Virus record (IMG/VR): IMGVR_UViG_3300017937_000051
Span: 1-42,129 of that record
Length of the DNA: 42,129 nt
Reading direction: 5' to 3' (one strand)
Source of the DNA: a virus
Lineage: Duplodnaviria > Caudoviricetes
Shown: one piece after another, positions 7,886-17,159 of the stretch
Layout: every line of letters begins with the position of its first letter
How positions within the stretch are numbered: position 1 is the stretch's first letter
Program-made: the position numbers and the translations under genes
The notes under the pieces: generated by a model
The model's database searches: none
Seen by the model: the letters and a program-made list of their open reading frames with translations, nothing else
What the model was told of the DNA's origin: nothing

Positions 7886-8748
7886 GCGCACCTTCGCGGC
7901 CTGCGGTTCGGTGGCATGGCGGCAAGTGGAAGCTCGCCCCGTGGATCATTTCGCATTTCCCGGCGCACCGGGTTTACGTCGAGCCGTTCGGCGGCGGCGC
8001 GTCGGTGCTGCTGCGCAAGCCGCGCGCCTATGCCGAGGTCTATAACGATCTCGACGGTGAAGTGGTGAACCTGTTCCGCGTGCTGCGCGATGCGGAGCAA
8101 TCGCAGCACCTTATCGCCCAAGTGGCGCTGACGCCGTTCTCGCGCGACGAGTTCAAGGATGCCTATCAGCGAAGCGACGATCCGGTGGAGCGTGCGCGGC
8201 GACTTCTGATCCGCAGCTTCATGGGCTTCGGCAGCGATGGCGCCACGGGCGACTGGCGCACCGGCTTCCGCGCCAACAGCAGCCGCAGCGGAACGACGCC
8301 GGCGCATGACTGGGCAAATTATCCGCGCGCCCTGGAAGTGATCGCGCGGCGACTGAAATGGCTGGTGGTGGAGAACAAGGATGCGGTAGCGGTTTCGCGG
8401 CAGCATGACGGGCCGGAAACGCTGCACTACTACGATCCGCCATACGGCCACGACACGCGCTCGCGCAAGTCGCGACGGCGCGGTGGCGGAGAGGTCGCGG
8501 CGTACCGCCACGAGATGTCAGACGCGCAGCATGAAAAGCTGCTCGCGGATCTGCGCACGCTGGAAGGCTTCGTCGTTCTCTCCGGTTATCCGTGGCCGCT
8601 CTATGACGAAGCGCTGCGCGATTGGACGCGCGTGGAGACCGTCGCGCACGCCGACGGCGCGCGGCCACGCACCGAAGTTCTCTGGATCAATCCGGCCTGC
8701 GCCGAGCGCCTGCGCTCGCACGGCCCGCTGTTCGAGGCGGCGGCATGA
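7882..8748 (+). CDS. DNA adenine methyltransferase (Dam/D12 class)
   Basis: RWHGGKWKLA, YVEPFGGGASV (SAM binding), YNDLD, DPPY catalytic motif. Confidence 0.92.
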   Translation: MSAPSRPAVRWHGGKWKLAPWIISHFPAHRVYVEPFGGGASVLLRKPRAYAEVYNDLDGEVVNLFRVLRDAEQSQHLIAQVALTPFSRDEFKDAYQRSDDPVERARRLLIRSFMGFGSDGATGDWRTGFRANSSRSGTTPAHDWANYPRALEVIARRLKWLVVENKDAVAVSRQHDGPETLHYYDPPYGHDTRSRKSRRRGGGEVAAYRHEMSDAQHEKLLADLRTLEGFVVLSGYPWPLYDEALRDWTRVETVAHADGARPRTEVLWINPACAERLRSHGPLFEAAA

Positions 8749-10049
8749 CTCTTCCCTTCCATCGCTTTGCGAATTTGTTTCCGATGATGGAGAGCGCGGC
8801 CTTTGCTTCGTTCTGCGCCGACGTGGCGGCCAATGGGTTGCGCGAGAAGATCGTGCTGCATGAGGGCGCGATCCTCGACGGGCGCAACCGCTATCGCGCG
8901 GCGATCCTTGCCGGGCTGATCCGGCCCGAGCAGACGCGCTCGCCGCATTTTCGCAAGTTCGATCCCAAGACCGAGGGCGATCCGCTGGACTGGGTGGTGT
9001 CGCTCAACGTGCATCGCCGGCACCTGGACGAAAGCCAGCGCGCCATGGTGGCGGCGGAGATCGCGAACCTGCCGCATGGCGGGGCGCGGAAGAAAGCGGC
9101 GGATGTCATCGAAGACAAAAAGGGCGTCACGCAGGCGAAGGCGGCCGGGATGCTGGCGGTGTCGGAGCGTTCGCTGCGCGATGCCAGGGTGGTGCGCGAA
9201 AAAGGCGATGCGGCGCTGATCGCGGCGGTGACGGGCGGGACGATGGCGGTGTCGTTGGCGGCGAAGGCCGCGCAGCTCGCGCCCGCGCTGCAGAAGAAGA
9301 TCGCGCAGGAAGCGGCGGCGGGCCACGCCAACGTGGTGCGCAATGTCGTCAAGCGCGAGGCGCGGGCGGAAAAGGAAAAGGCGCTGGCGCAAAAGCAACG
9401 CGCGCTGCCGAAGAAGAAATACGGCGTGATACTCGCCGATCCGGAGTGGGAATTCGAAGCCTACAGCGCGGACACCGGCTCGGATCGCGCGGCTTCGAAC
9501 CATTACCCGACGAGCAGCGAGGCGGAGATCGCCGCGCGCGATTTGGCCAGCATCGCCGCCGACGATTGCCTGTTGATTCTGTGGACCACCGATTTGGCGC
9601 GCGGGCTGCGCGTGCTGGAAGCGTGGGGCTTCGAATACAAGTCCTACTTCGTGTGGGTGAAGGACATCGTCGAAACCACGCGGCGGGAACTGGTGCCGAA
9701 GAAAGGCACGTCCATCCTTGTGCACGGCAAGCCCACCGGGCCGCGTACCTTCGAACAGGTCGGGTCTGCGGGCACCGGCTACTGGAATCTGGATCGCGAC
9801 GAGCTGGTGCTGATCGGCACGCGCGGAAACGTGCCGTGCCCCGCGCCGGGGACGCAGGGCGAGAGCGTGTTCTTCGCCGCGCGGCCGAAGGTCGCCAAAT
9901 CTGCGCGCGGCAGGCATTCGGCAAAGCCCGCCGACATCCACGAGTGGATCGAGCGGCACTACCCGAACCTTCCGAAGATCGAGCTTAACGCGCGCGCGGC
10001 GCGCAAGGGCTGGGACAGTTGGGGGAATGAAGTGGAGGGCGACGGATGA
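8745..10049 (+). CDS. ParB-like domain fused to an MT-A70 family adenine methyltransferase
   Basis: N-terminal ANLFP...GL...ILDGRNRYRA; C-terminal YGVILADPEW, HYPT, WGFEYKS, GTGYW, HSAKP, KIELNAR, GWDSWGNE. Confidence 0.88.
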   Translation: MTLPFHRFANLFPMMESAAFASFCADVAANGLREKIVLHEGAILDGRNRYRAAILAGLIRPEQTRSPHFRKFDPKTEGDPLDWVVSLNVHRRHLDESQRAMVAAEIANLPHGGARKKAADVIEDKKGVTQAKAAGMLAVSERSLRDARVVREKGDAALIAAVTGGTMAVSLAAKAAQLAPALQKKIAQEAAAGHANVVRNVVKREARAEKEKALAQKQRALPKKKYGVILADPEWEFEAYSADTGSDRAASNHYPTSSEAEIAARDLASIAADDCLLILWTTDLARGLRVLEAWGFEYKSYFVWVKDIVETTRRELVPKKGTSILVHGKPTGPRTFEQVGSAGTGYWNLDRDELVLIGTRGNVPCPAPGTQGESVFFAARPKVAKSARGRHSAKPADIHEWIERHYPNLPKIELNARAARKGWDSWGNEVEGDG

Positions 10050-10198
10050 ACACCAGGATCTGGATTATCGCGGTTCTCTTCGGGACCATCGAGACAGCCT
10101 ATTTCGGTTGGAACTGGATTCCGCAGAGCGATGCGGAAGTCGTCGCCGACATGGTGTCGCTCGCTCTCCTCGCACTGGCATGGGCGATACCAGAATGA
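10046..10198 (+). CDS. Small membrane protein (50 aa, MNTRIWIIAVLFGTIETAYFGWNW...)
   Basis: Not in the ORF track; translated by hand; ATGA-coupled at both ends, GGAGG upstream. Confidence 0.6.
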   Translation: MNTRIWIIAVLFGTIETAYFGWNWIPQSDAEVVADMVSLALLALAWAIPE

Positions 10199-10485
10199 GC
10201 AAAGCGTTTCCCGTGAAACCTGATGTTTCACGCCGCGCGCGCGTGCGGCGCAAGCCCAATGCGCTGTGCTGCATCTGCCAGGCGGAGGCGCGGCTGAAAG
10301 GGCAGCGGCAGGGGAAGGTTTGTCACGCCATCGAGATGCGCTTCTGGCGCGCGAAGGAGAAGGTAAAGAACCGGACCCTCGACGACGACGTGCGCATGGT
10401 CCGGGCGGGGATGGAATTGCTGCAGCGGCGGCTGGCGAAAGAACTGGGCATACCGCTCGCGGGCGCATTGCGGAGGGCGGCATGA
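10195..10485 (+). CDS. Hypothetical basic protein with CxxC...CH (96 aa)
   Basis: ATG 10195 coupled. Confidence 0.55.
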   Translation: MSKAFPVKPDVSRRARVRRKPNALCCICQAEARLKGQRQGKVCHAIEMRFWRAKEKVKNRTLDDDVRMVRAGMELLQRRLAKELGIPLAGALRRAA

Positions 10486-10682
10486 AGGAGCCGCGCATCA
10501 GGACCTATCGGGACAATGGCGAGGTGTCGGACTACATGCCGATGTCGAAGCTGCCCTGCGACGTGCTGCACGAAATCGCCGCGGGGTTTCCGATCAATCA
10601 CGTGGACGCGCCGGATCACATTCTCATTCCCGGCTTCGAGGCGCTGTATGCGCGCATCCTTCTGCAGGAGCGCGGCGGATGA
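10482..10682 (+). CDS. Hypothetical protein (66 aa)
   Basis: ATG 10482 with GGAGG; coupled. Confidence 0.55.
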   Translation: MKEPRIRTYRDNGEVSDYMPMSKLPCDVLHEIAAGFPINHVDAPDHILIPGFEALYARILLQERGG

Positions 10683-10963
10683 GTTACGCGGGGCACGATG
10701 TGGCAGAGGGGCCGCGGGCGTGGCGCGATGCGCGCGAGCTTGCGTCCGTTGCGCATCGGGTACGCGTCGCGCGGCTTTCGGATGCGGACAAGATCGAACT
10801 GCTCGCGAACGACATCCTGCGCGGCATGCGCGCCGAAGGCTGCTGGTGCGCCGATGACGGCACTCGCCTCGGGATGGCGCGCGCCGATGTGAAGCGCCTC
10901 GCCGATGCCGCGTGGCAACGCGCCGTCGATCTCGAGCCCGGACTGAGAGCGGTGCTGGAATGA
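10679..10963 (+). CDS. Hypothetical protein
   Basis: ATGA-coupled, AGGAG upstream. Confidence 0.55.
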   Translation: MSYAGHDVAEGPRAWRDARELASVAHRVRVARLSDADKIELLANDILRGMRAEGCWCADDGTRLGMARADVKRLADAAWQRAVDLEPGLRAVLE

Positions 10964-10979
10964 TTTTTGGGAGGCTGGG

Positions 10980-11393
10980 ATGACGATCAAAGAGAAAAAA
11001 AGAAATGCGATGCGCCGCGAGAGATTGCGAAGCGCGCTCATGGCCCTTGCCGAACTGGATAAATGCGTTCCTGCCGACACAATGCTTGATCAGAGCATGG
11101 CCGTCGAAAGCGCGATGGAGTCGCTCAAGGACAATTTCAGCGACTATGTCGGCAAGTGCGAAGAGTGCGACGCCATCTTGCTTGAGGGCGACATGGGGCA
11201 CCGCTGCGTCGACGGCGAGCCGCTGTTCTGCGCCGAACATGCCTACACATGGTCGGACGTGAAAGAGAGCTACGAAGTTGAAGACGGCGTTCGCGACGAC
11301 GATCCGGACGCTTATCGCGATTTCGTGCAGCGCTTCGAAGCCCACATCGCCGCCGGCGGAAAGCCGGACGACAAAATTGTTTGGCCACTCTGA
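10980..11393 (+). CDS. Hypothetical protein with Cys/His (zinc-finger-like) cluster
   Basis: CEEC...C...CAEH; GGAGG upstream. Confidence 0.6.
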   Translation: MTIKEKKRNAMRRERLRSALMALAELDKCVPADTMLDQSMAVESAMESLKDNFSDYVGKCEECDAILLEGDMGHRCVDGEPLFCAEHAYTWSDVKESYEVEDGVRDDDPDAYRDFVQRFEAHIAAGGKPDDKIVWPL

Positions 11394-11399
11394 GATTTT

Positions 11400-12941
11400 A
11401 TGTCGGAAGAGATAGACGATCCGTTTGCGGGTGAGCTGGAGCAGGACGGTGGCGGGCGCAGGAAGCGCAAGGCCGCCGAGCCGCTGATCGCGCCCGAGGA
11501 TGCGGGCGAGGGCGATGTCGATCTCGACCTGGCGCTCGCCTTCCAGCCGATGAACGATTTCGGCAATGCGAACCGGCTGATCCGCCGCTACGGCGAAGAC
11601 CTGATGTTCGTGAAGAATGTCGGATGGTTCGCGTGGGACGGCGCGCGCTGGGACCGCGAGCGCGGCGATGGCGAATTCACCAAGCGCGGGCATTTGCTGA
11701 GCAAGGCGATCCGCGGCGAGTTCCGGGCGCTGAAAGAAAAGAAACCGGAATATGCCGAAGTGGCGGGCAAGCTGTGGGCGTGGGGCGTGCAGAGCGGAAA
11801 CACCGCGCGCATCAACGGCATGATGGCGGCGGCGGAGCCTTATCTTTCGCAGCCGATCGACAGCCTCGACGCCGAACCGTTTCTGGTCGTGGCGCAGAAC
11901 GGCACCATCGAGCTGGGCCAGCATGCGGAATTGCGAAAGAGCCGGCGCGAGGATCGCATCACGCGCATTCTGGGCGCGGGCTTCGACACGCGCGCGCGGC
12001 GCGACCGCTGGGATGGTTTCATCGCGCGCGTCCTGCCCGATGCGGAGATCCGCGATTTCGTGCAGCGCTTCATGGGCTATTGCCTGACCGGCGAGACCAA
12101 CGCGCATCTGCTGCTGATCCTTTATGGCCTTGGGCGCAACGGCAAAACCGTGTTCATGAACATCATGCGCCGCATCCTGGCCGATTACGCGACATCGCTA
12201 CCGGCGGCATCGATCCTTGCCAAGCGTGAAGGGGCGAGCGGCAGCGAAGCCTCGCCCGATCTGGCCGATCTGCCCGGCGTGCGGCTTGTCACCGTGTCGG
12301 AGCCGCCGGAGGGCGGAAGGCTGGATGAATCTCGCATCAAGGAAATCACCGGCGGCGAATTCGCGATGAAGGTGCGCCATCTGAACAAGGGCTTCTTCGA
12401 ATTCCGGCCGCAGTTCAAGATGATGATCGCGACGAACCATCGGCCCACCATTCGCGGCACCGACAAGGGCATCTGGTCGCGCATCGCGCTCATTCCCTTC
12501 ACCGCGCAGATCCCCGAAAGCGAGATCGATCCGGGCCTCGAAGAAAAGCTGTGGGCCGAGCGCGACGGCATTCTGCAATGGCTGCTCACCGGCGCCGAGG
12601 AGTGGCGCGTGCGCGGGCTGGCGCTGCCGCAGAAGATCAAGGACGCGGTGGAGGATTATCGCGCCGACCAGGACCCGGTGGGCGAGTTCCTGAAAGCGCG
12701 CTGCGAGGTGTGCCCGGAGTCGATCAATCCGGCGACGGACAAGCCGTTCGAAGTGACGGCGAAGCGGCTGCGCGAAGCCTATGTGGAATGGTGCAAGGAG
12801 GAAGGCCTCGACCCGATGGGCGGCAAGGCCTTCGGCTCCAAGCTCACCGGCATGGGCATCCAGCGGCGCAAGAGCAACGGCAACAAGATCTATATCGGGC
12901 TGCACATCAATGCGGACCCGGTGGATTTGGGGCAGGGATGA
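11400..12941 (+). CDS. D5/P4-type superfamily-3 replicative helicase (no N-terminal primase domain evident)
   Basis: NDFGNANRL...GWFAWDG.RW (D5_N), Walker A GLGRNGKT, IKEITGGE, TNHRP, IWSRI, C-terminal winged helix. Confidence 0.9.
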   Translation: MSEEIDDPFAGELEQDGGGRRKRKAAEPLIAPEDAGEGDVDLDLALAFQPMNDFGNANRLIRRYGEDLMFVKNVGWFAWDGARWDRERGDGEFTKRGHLLSKAIRGEFRALKEKKPEYAEVAGKLWAWGVQSGNTARINGMMAAAEPYLSQPIDSLDAEPFLVVAQNGTIELGQHAELRKSRREDRITRILGAGFDTRARRDRWDGFIARVLPDAEIRDFVQRFMGYCLTGETNAHLLLILYGLGRNGKTVFMNIMRRILADYATSLPAASILAKREGASGSEASPDLADLPGVRLVTVSEPPEGGRLDESRIKEITGGEFAMKVRHLNKGFFEFRPQFKMMIATNHRPTIRGTDKGIWSRIALIPFTAQIPESEIDPGLEEKLWAERDGILQWLLTGAEEWRVRGLALPQKIKDAVEDYRADQDPVGEFLKARCEVCPESINPATDKPFEVTAKRLREAYVEWCKEEGLDPMGGKAFGSKLTGMGIQRRKSNGNKIYIGLHINADPVDLGQG

Positions 12942-12953
12942 AGTCAGGGAGGG

Positions 12954-13068
12954 TCAGGGACGAAGGGACGATCCGGGCCTTGATGGCGCGGGCGTTCGCG
13001 AGTCGTTTCTTGTGTGTGCGCGCGCGACTCATACAAGGCGGCGGCTGTCATCGTCCCTTCGTCCCTGA
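12954..13068. repeat. 19-bp perfect inverted repeat with AGGGA iterons; candidate replication origin
   Basis: TCAGGGACGAAGGGACGAT (12954-12972) and ATCGTCCCTTCGTCCCTGA (13050-13068), directly after the helicase. Confidence 0.7.
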
Positions 13069-13089
13069 TCGTCCCTGCCGGTTTCGGAG

Positions 13090-13791
13090 GTGAAAATGGC
13101 GGCGGTGAAAGAGGGTAGCGTTTCAGGGAGGGACAGTGCCGATCCTGTATCCTTGCATGTGCGGGGGCGCGCGGGCGCGAAGGGGTCTGTATCATCCCTT
13201 TGTCCCTTGGAAGGAAAGAACCGGAAGGTTGTCAGTGTGCAGTGGCTGCTGCATTGGGCGTATGGGCGCGAGCGCGTGCATCTGGCGCGGCCGTATGGGT
13301 TCGGCACGGTGATGCGCGTGAACCTGCGAACAAGCGGGCGCGACTCGACCTTGGCGCTGGGCGGCGGATCGGGCGGCGGCGTCAATCTCGGCTTCGAAGC
13401 GCCGCGCGATGCCTATGCGGTGATGGATGCGGTGGATGCGCAGGGTGCGATCGCGCGGCTGGTGCGCGTGCATGCGCTGTCGAACGGATGTCCGGACTGG
13501 ACGCCGTCGCCGCAGGTGTGGGTGGAGCCGGGCGATGTCGTGGGAACGGCGGTGTATGACGCGGACGGCAAGCCGGTGCTGACGCGGCGCGGGCGGCGAT
13601 ACATCTCGGAGTTTCAGATGTTCGCGTTTCGCGGCGATCTGCCGGAGATCGTGGCGGAGCGGCGTCGCGTGTATGGGCGGTGGCGGGCGGCGCTGCGCAA
13701 TGTGCATCGCGCGCTGTCTGTGGGCGGGGCGTTGGTGGCGCACGAATTGTCGGCGGAATTGCCCGCGGAGTGTCCATGGGCGGTTGACTGA
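13090..13791 (+). CDS. Conserved phage protein at the Q/late-activator position (true start may be later, near 13237)
   Basis: LLHWAY..E...DAYAV..AV...PDW...R..Y..W..AL pattern; last early gene before cos. Confidence 0.6.
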   Translation: MKMAAVKEGSVSGRDSADPVSLHVRGRAGAKGSVSSLCPLEGKNRKVVSVQWLLHWAYGRERVHLARPYGFGTVMRVNLRTSGRDSTLALGGGSGGGVNLGFEAPRDAYAVMDAVDAQGAIARLVRVHALSNGCPDWTPSPQVWVEPGDVVGTAVYDADGKPVLTRRGRRYISEFQMFAFRGDLPEIVAERRRVYGRWRAALRNVHRALSVGGALVAHELSAELPAECPWAVD

Positions 13792-13969
13792 ACGGCCCGA
13801 ATCGTTGACTTAGTTGCGGATGGTGTAATGCGCCCGGCGGTCGAAAGATCGTCGGGCGCTTTGCTTTTCACGGCTGCGCTGAGCGCGCCGGTTTCCATAG
13901 CAAGGATCGCGGTGGTGCGGGGAAGCATCCGGCAAATTTGCCGGTTGATGCGATCCGCTACCCCCTCGC

Positions 13970-14080
13970 GGGTCCTTCCTGGAGTTGAACCAATACGGGC
14001 GTCCAGCGCGCGGGACTTCGCTAGTGGCGATGTTGCGAAGCGGTGCAACGCCGCAACGGACGCAACGCAACGATGCAACA
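13970..14080 (+). other. Lambda-like cos packaging site (cosQ, cosN, repeat-rich cosB)
   Basis: GGGTCCT at 13970-13976; TAC-GGGCGTCCAGCG-CGCGGGACTTCGCTA at 13994-14023; multiple GCAAC repeats 14031-14080; directly upstream of terS. Confidence 0.7.
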
Positions 14081-14639
14081 GATGGAGGAAAACGGCGCGC
14101 TCGCGCTGGAAAAACCTGCGTTGCGCGACGTCGTTACGATCAGCGCCGCGGCTTCGGCGCTCGGCGTGAACAAGAGCACGGTCAGCCGTCAGGTGAAGAA
14201 CGGCACGATTCCGAACCGTGGCACCGACAAGCGCCCGATGGTGTCGCTGAAAGAGGCCCGCGCCGCGCGCGCAGGCAATCTCGATCCCGCGCAGCAGCGC
14301 AGCACCGCGCCGGCGCAAGCGAGCGACACATCGCCCGCCGCCACCGGCTACCAGGCGCACCGCTCCACGCACGAAGCGGCCAAGGCGCGCATGGCGCAGA
14401 TCGAGCTCGAGGAGAAGCTCGGCAACATTCTCGCCCGCAACGACGTCGAGGCCTCGCTCGAAGCCTTCGGTCGCAAGCTGCGCGACGCGATGATCGAACG
14501 CTGGCGCCTTCTGGCGCCGAAGTTCATTGGCCTTGCGCCCGCGCAGATCGAACAGATCGGCACGCAGGCCGACGAAGACCTCCTCGCCAAGCTCAGCGAG
14601 GAGCTCGCGAAGGAAATCGGCGATGCCGCCGGCGATTGA
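14073..14639 (+). CDS. terS: Terminase small subunit (Nu1-like)
   Basis: N-terminal HTH (TISAAASALGVNKSTVSRQVKNG), coiled coil KARMAQIELEEKLG; precedes terL. Confidence 0.8.
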   Translation: MQQMEENGALALEKPALRDVVTISAAASALGVNKSTVSRQVKNGTIPNRGTDKRPMVSLKEARAARAGNLDPAQQRSTAPAQASDTSPAATGYQAHRSTHEAAKARMAQIELEEKLGNILARNDVEASLEAFGRKLRDAMIERWRLLAPKFIGLAPAQIEQIGTQADEDLLAKLSEELAKEIGDAAGD

Positions 14640-16683
14640 GGGCCTGGCGCCCGCGCGCCCGGTTCTGGCCGCAGCCCTCGCCCGCGCGCTGAAGCCCAAG
14701 CGCCGCCGCAGCGTGTCGCAATGGGCCGACGAGGAGCGTTACGTCGCGCGCGAGTCCGGCTCGCCGCTGCCGGGCAAGTGGTCGAACGAATACGTGCCCG
14801 AAATGGTCGAGGTGATGGACTGCCTCGGGCCGCATCATCCGGCGCGCGAGGTGGTGCTGAAGAAATCCGCACAGGTCGGCGCGTCCGAAGCCGGGCTGAA
14901 CATGCTCGGCTACGCGATCACCGACGATCCGTCGCCCATCCTGGTGGTGCTGCCGACCACGGAGGAAATGAAAAAATACGTCCGGCTCAAGCTGCAGCCG
15001 GCGATCGACGTCACACCCGCGCTGAAAAGGGCGGTCAAGACGGTCAAGTCGCGCGACGAGGACGCATCGACCACCACGTTCAAGCGCTTCGCCGGTGGCT
15101 TCCTGCAGCTGGCGGGCGCCAATGCGTCGAGCGGGTTACAGATGATCACCGCGCGCCGCCTGGTGCTGGAGGAAGTGAGCGAATATCCCGCCGATGTGGA
15201 CGGCCGCGGCGATCCGGTGGATCTCGCCATCGAGCGCACGCAAGGCTGGGAAGGGCGCGAGAAGATCGCCTACATCTCCACGCCCGGCATCAAGGGCCAG
15301 TGCCGCGTCACCGCGAAATACGACGTCTCCGACATGCGCGTGCGCTACATGCCATGCCCGCATTGCGGATCGTACCAGCCTTTCGCGTGGGAGCGCCTCG
15401 ACAAGGACGCGCTCACGCCGGTTTACATCTGCAACCCGAACGGTTGCGTCATCGAGGAGACCTCCAAGCCCGCGATGCGCGCGCGCGGCATCTGGATCAA
15501 GACATGCCCGGGCGACAACGTGCCCGGCAAGTTCGTCGCGCCCGAGGATCTGGAAAGGCTCGGCGACCGCATAAAGCCGGATGTGCTGATCGACGGCCGC
15601 CAGCCCGGTTTCGAGATCAATGGCCTCTACTCCTCCACCAAGTCGTGGAGCCGCATCGTCAAGCAATGGCGCGAGGCGCAGGACAACGACGAGAAGCTGA
15701 AGGTGTTCACCCAGCAGGTGCTGGGCGATGCGTGGGAAGCGCAGGGCGAAGCGCCCGATCACGAGCGATTGTTCGAACGGCGCGCGAAATACGAATGGCG
15801 CCGCATTCCGCGCGGCGCGCTCTTCCTCACCGGCGCGGCCGACGTGCAGGGCGACCGCATCGAATGGGCGGTCTATGCGTGGGGCATCGGCCTCACCAGC
15901 TGGCTGATCGACAAGGGCATCGTCGAGGGCGATCCCAACAGCCTGGAGACGTGGCGCGAACTGAACGCCGTCCTCGATAAGGCGTATACGGACGTTTACG
16001 GCAAGCCGTGGAAGCTCGAAGCCTTCGGCGTGGATTCGGGCTATCTCAGCCAGCGCGTCTATGCCTGGGTGCGCATGCATGCGGCCTCGGGCCGCGTCTT
16101 CGCGCTGGACGGTCGCGACGGCTGGAAACTGCCCGCGCTCGGCACGCCCGCCAAGAAGGACGTGGACTATGAAGGCCGCAAGCTCGGCACCGTGCTGTTG
16201 TGGCCGGTCGGCACCTTCGGCCTCAAGTCCGAACTCTATTCGTCGATCGGCAAGCTGATCCGCGGGCCCGACAAGGAAACCGGCGCATGGCCGCCGGGCA
16301 CCGCGTTTTACGGCGATGCCTGCGATCAGCCCTATTTGCAGCAGCTCACCGCCGAGCAGGTGATCGAACGCAAGACGCGCTCCGGCGCGATCGAGCTGGT
16401 GTGGGTGAAAACGCAGGCGCGCAACGAAGCGCACGACATCGCGGTCTACAACCGCGCGCTCGCGCATCATTTGAGCGACGGCATGACGCCGGAGCAATGG
16501 GCCCGCCTCGCCGCCGAACGCGGCGCCAGGCCCGAAGACGTGCAGCGCGACCTCGCCGCGCTGTGGACCCCGCCGGCGGTGGAAGAAACGCCCGCGCTAC
16601 CGAAACCCGCGCCGCAACAAGCGGCGCAAGACGACGCTGCCGCCGATTACTGGAACGGCGGCGCCCGCGATTTGTGGAAGTGA
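14623..16683 (+). CDS. terL: Terminase large subunit, lambda GpA family
   Basis: SVSQWADEER, KSAQVGASE, LEEVSEY, ISTP, PCPHCG, ADVQGDR, VDSGY, RNEAHD. Confidence 0.96.
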   Translation: MPPAIEGLAPARPVLAAALARALKPKRRRSVSQWADEERYVARESGSPLPGKWSNEYVPEMVEVMDCLGPHHPAREVVLKKSAQVGASEAGLNMLGYAITDDPSPILVVLPTTEEMKKYVRLKLQPAIDVTPALKRAVKTVKSRDEDASTTTFKRFAGGFLQLAGANASSGLQMITARRLVLEEVSEYPADVDGRGDPVDLAIERTQGWEGREKIAYISTPGIKGQCRVTAKYDVSDMRVRYMPCPHCGSYQPFAWERLDKDALTPVYICNPNGCVIEETSKPAMRARGIWIKTCPGDNVPGKFVAPEDLERLGDRIKPDVLIDGRQPGFEINGLYSSTKSWSRIVKQWREAQDNDEKLKVFTQQVLGDAWEAQGEAPDHERLFERRAKYEWRRIPRGALFLTGAADVQGDRIEWAVYAWGIGLTSWLIDKGIVEGDPNSLETWRELNAVLDKAYTDVYGKPWKLEAFGVDSGYLSQRVYAWVRMHAASGRVFALDGRDGWKLPALGTPAKKDVDYEGRKLGTVLLWPVGTFGLKSELYSSIGKLIRGPDKETGAWPPGTAFYGDACDQPYLQQLTAEQVIERKTRSGAIELVWVKTQARNEAHDIAVYNRALAHHLSDGMTPEQWARLAAERGARPEDVQRDLAALWTPPAVEETPALPKPAPQQAAQDDAAADYWNGGARDLWK

Positions 16684-16688
16684 GAGAC

Positions 16689-16916
16689 ATGGAAAACGTA
16701 GACAGCAAATCCGACGAGCGCACCGTAAACAACACGATGCGCCATCAATATCGCGTTCTGAGCGATGGCGAGAAGGAAGCGATGCAGAAGATCAAGGACA
16801 TGGGCCTTGCGCTGCACGAACTTGTCGCAAGCGTTGGCGAAAGCCGCGAATTGTCGATAGCAAAAACGAAGATCGAAGAAGCCGTCATGTGGGCGGTGAA
16901 GCACATCACACGCTGA
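16689..16916 (+). CDS. Acb2/Tad1-like hairpin protein, candidate anti-defence nucleotide sponge (75 aa)
   Basis: HQYRVLSDGEKEAMQKIKDMG...SRELSIAKTKIEEAVMWAVKHIT matches the Acb2/Tad1 helical-hairpin pattern; ATG 16689. Confidence 0.72.
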   Translation: MENVDSKSDERTVNNTMRHQYRVLSDGEKEAMQKIKDMGLALHELVASVGESRELSIAKTKIEEAVMWAVKHITR

Positions 16917-17107
16917 TGTTCTCGCTCGCGCTGATCGTTTTCATTGCGCTGATCGCATTGGCGCTGTTGGGTTTCGGTGTCCGCGCGCTCTTGATCGGCA
17001 ACAATTCCGGTGACGGCGGCGTCGGCATCGTCGTGGCCGGTTGCGCCTGCGTCATCCTGGGCTTCGCGCTCTTCATGGCGGCCGTGTTCTGGCTGATCTT
17101 TGGGTAG
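16916..17107 (+). CDS. Small two-TM membrane protein (63 aa)
   Basis: TGATG coupling to the previous gene; two hydrophobic segments. Confidence 0.6.
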   Translation: MFSLALIVFIALIALALLGFGVRALLIGNNSGDGGVGIVVAGCACVILGFALFMAAVFWLIFG

Positions 17108-17159
17108 ATTCGGAAAGCGCCGACGGTTATTCTTTTGGAGGGACTTGAGGGCGCACGCC

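Noticed and set aside
13784-13835. Two TTGACT hexamers as the late promoter -35
   Set aside because: No -10 element at convincing spacing; plausible but not supportable from sequence alone
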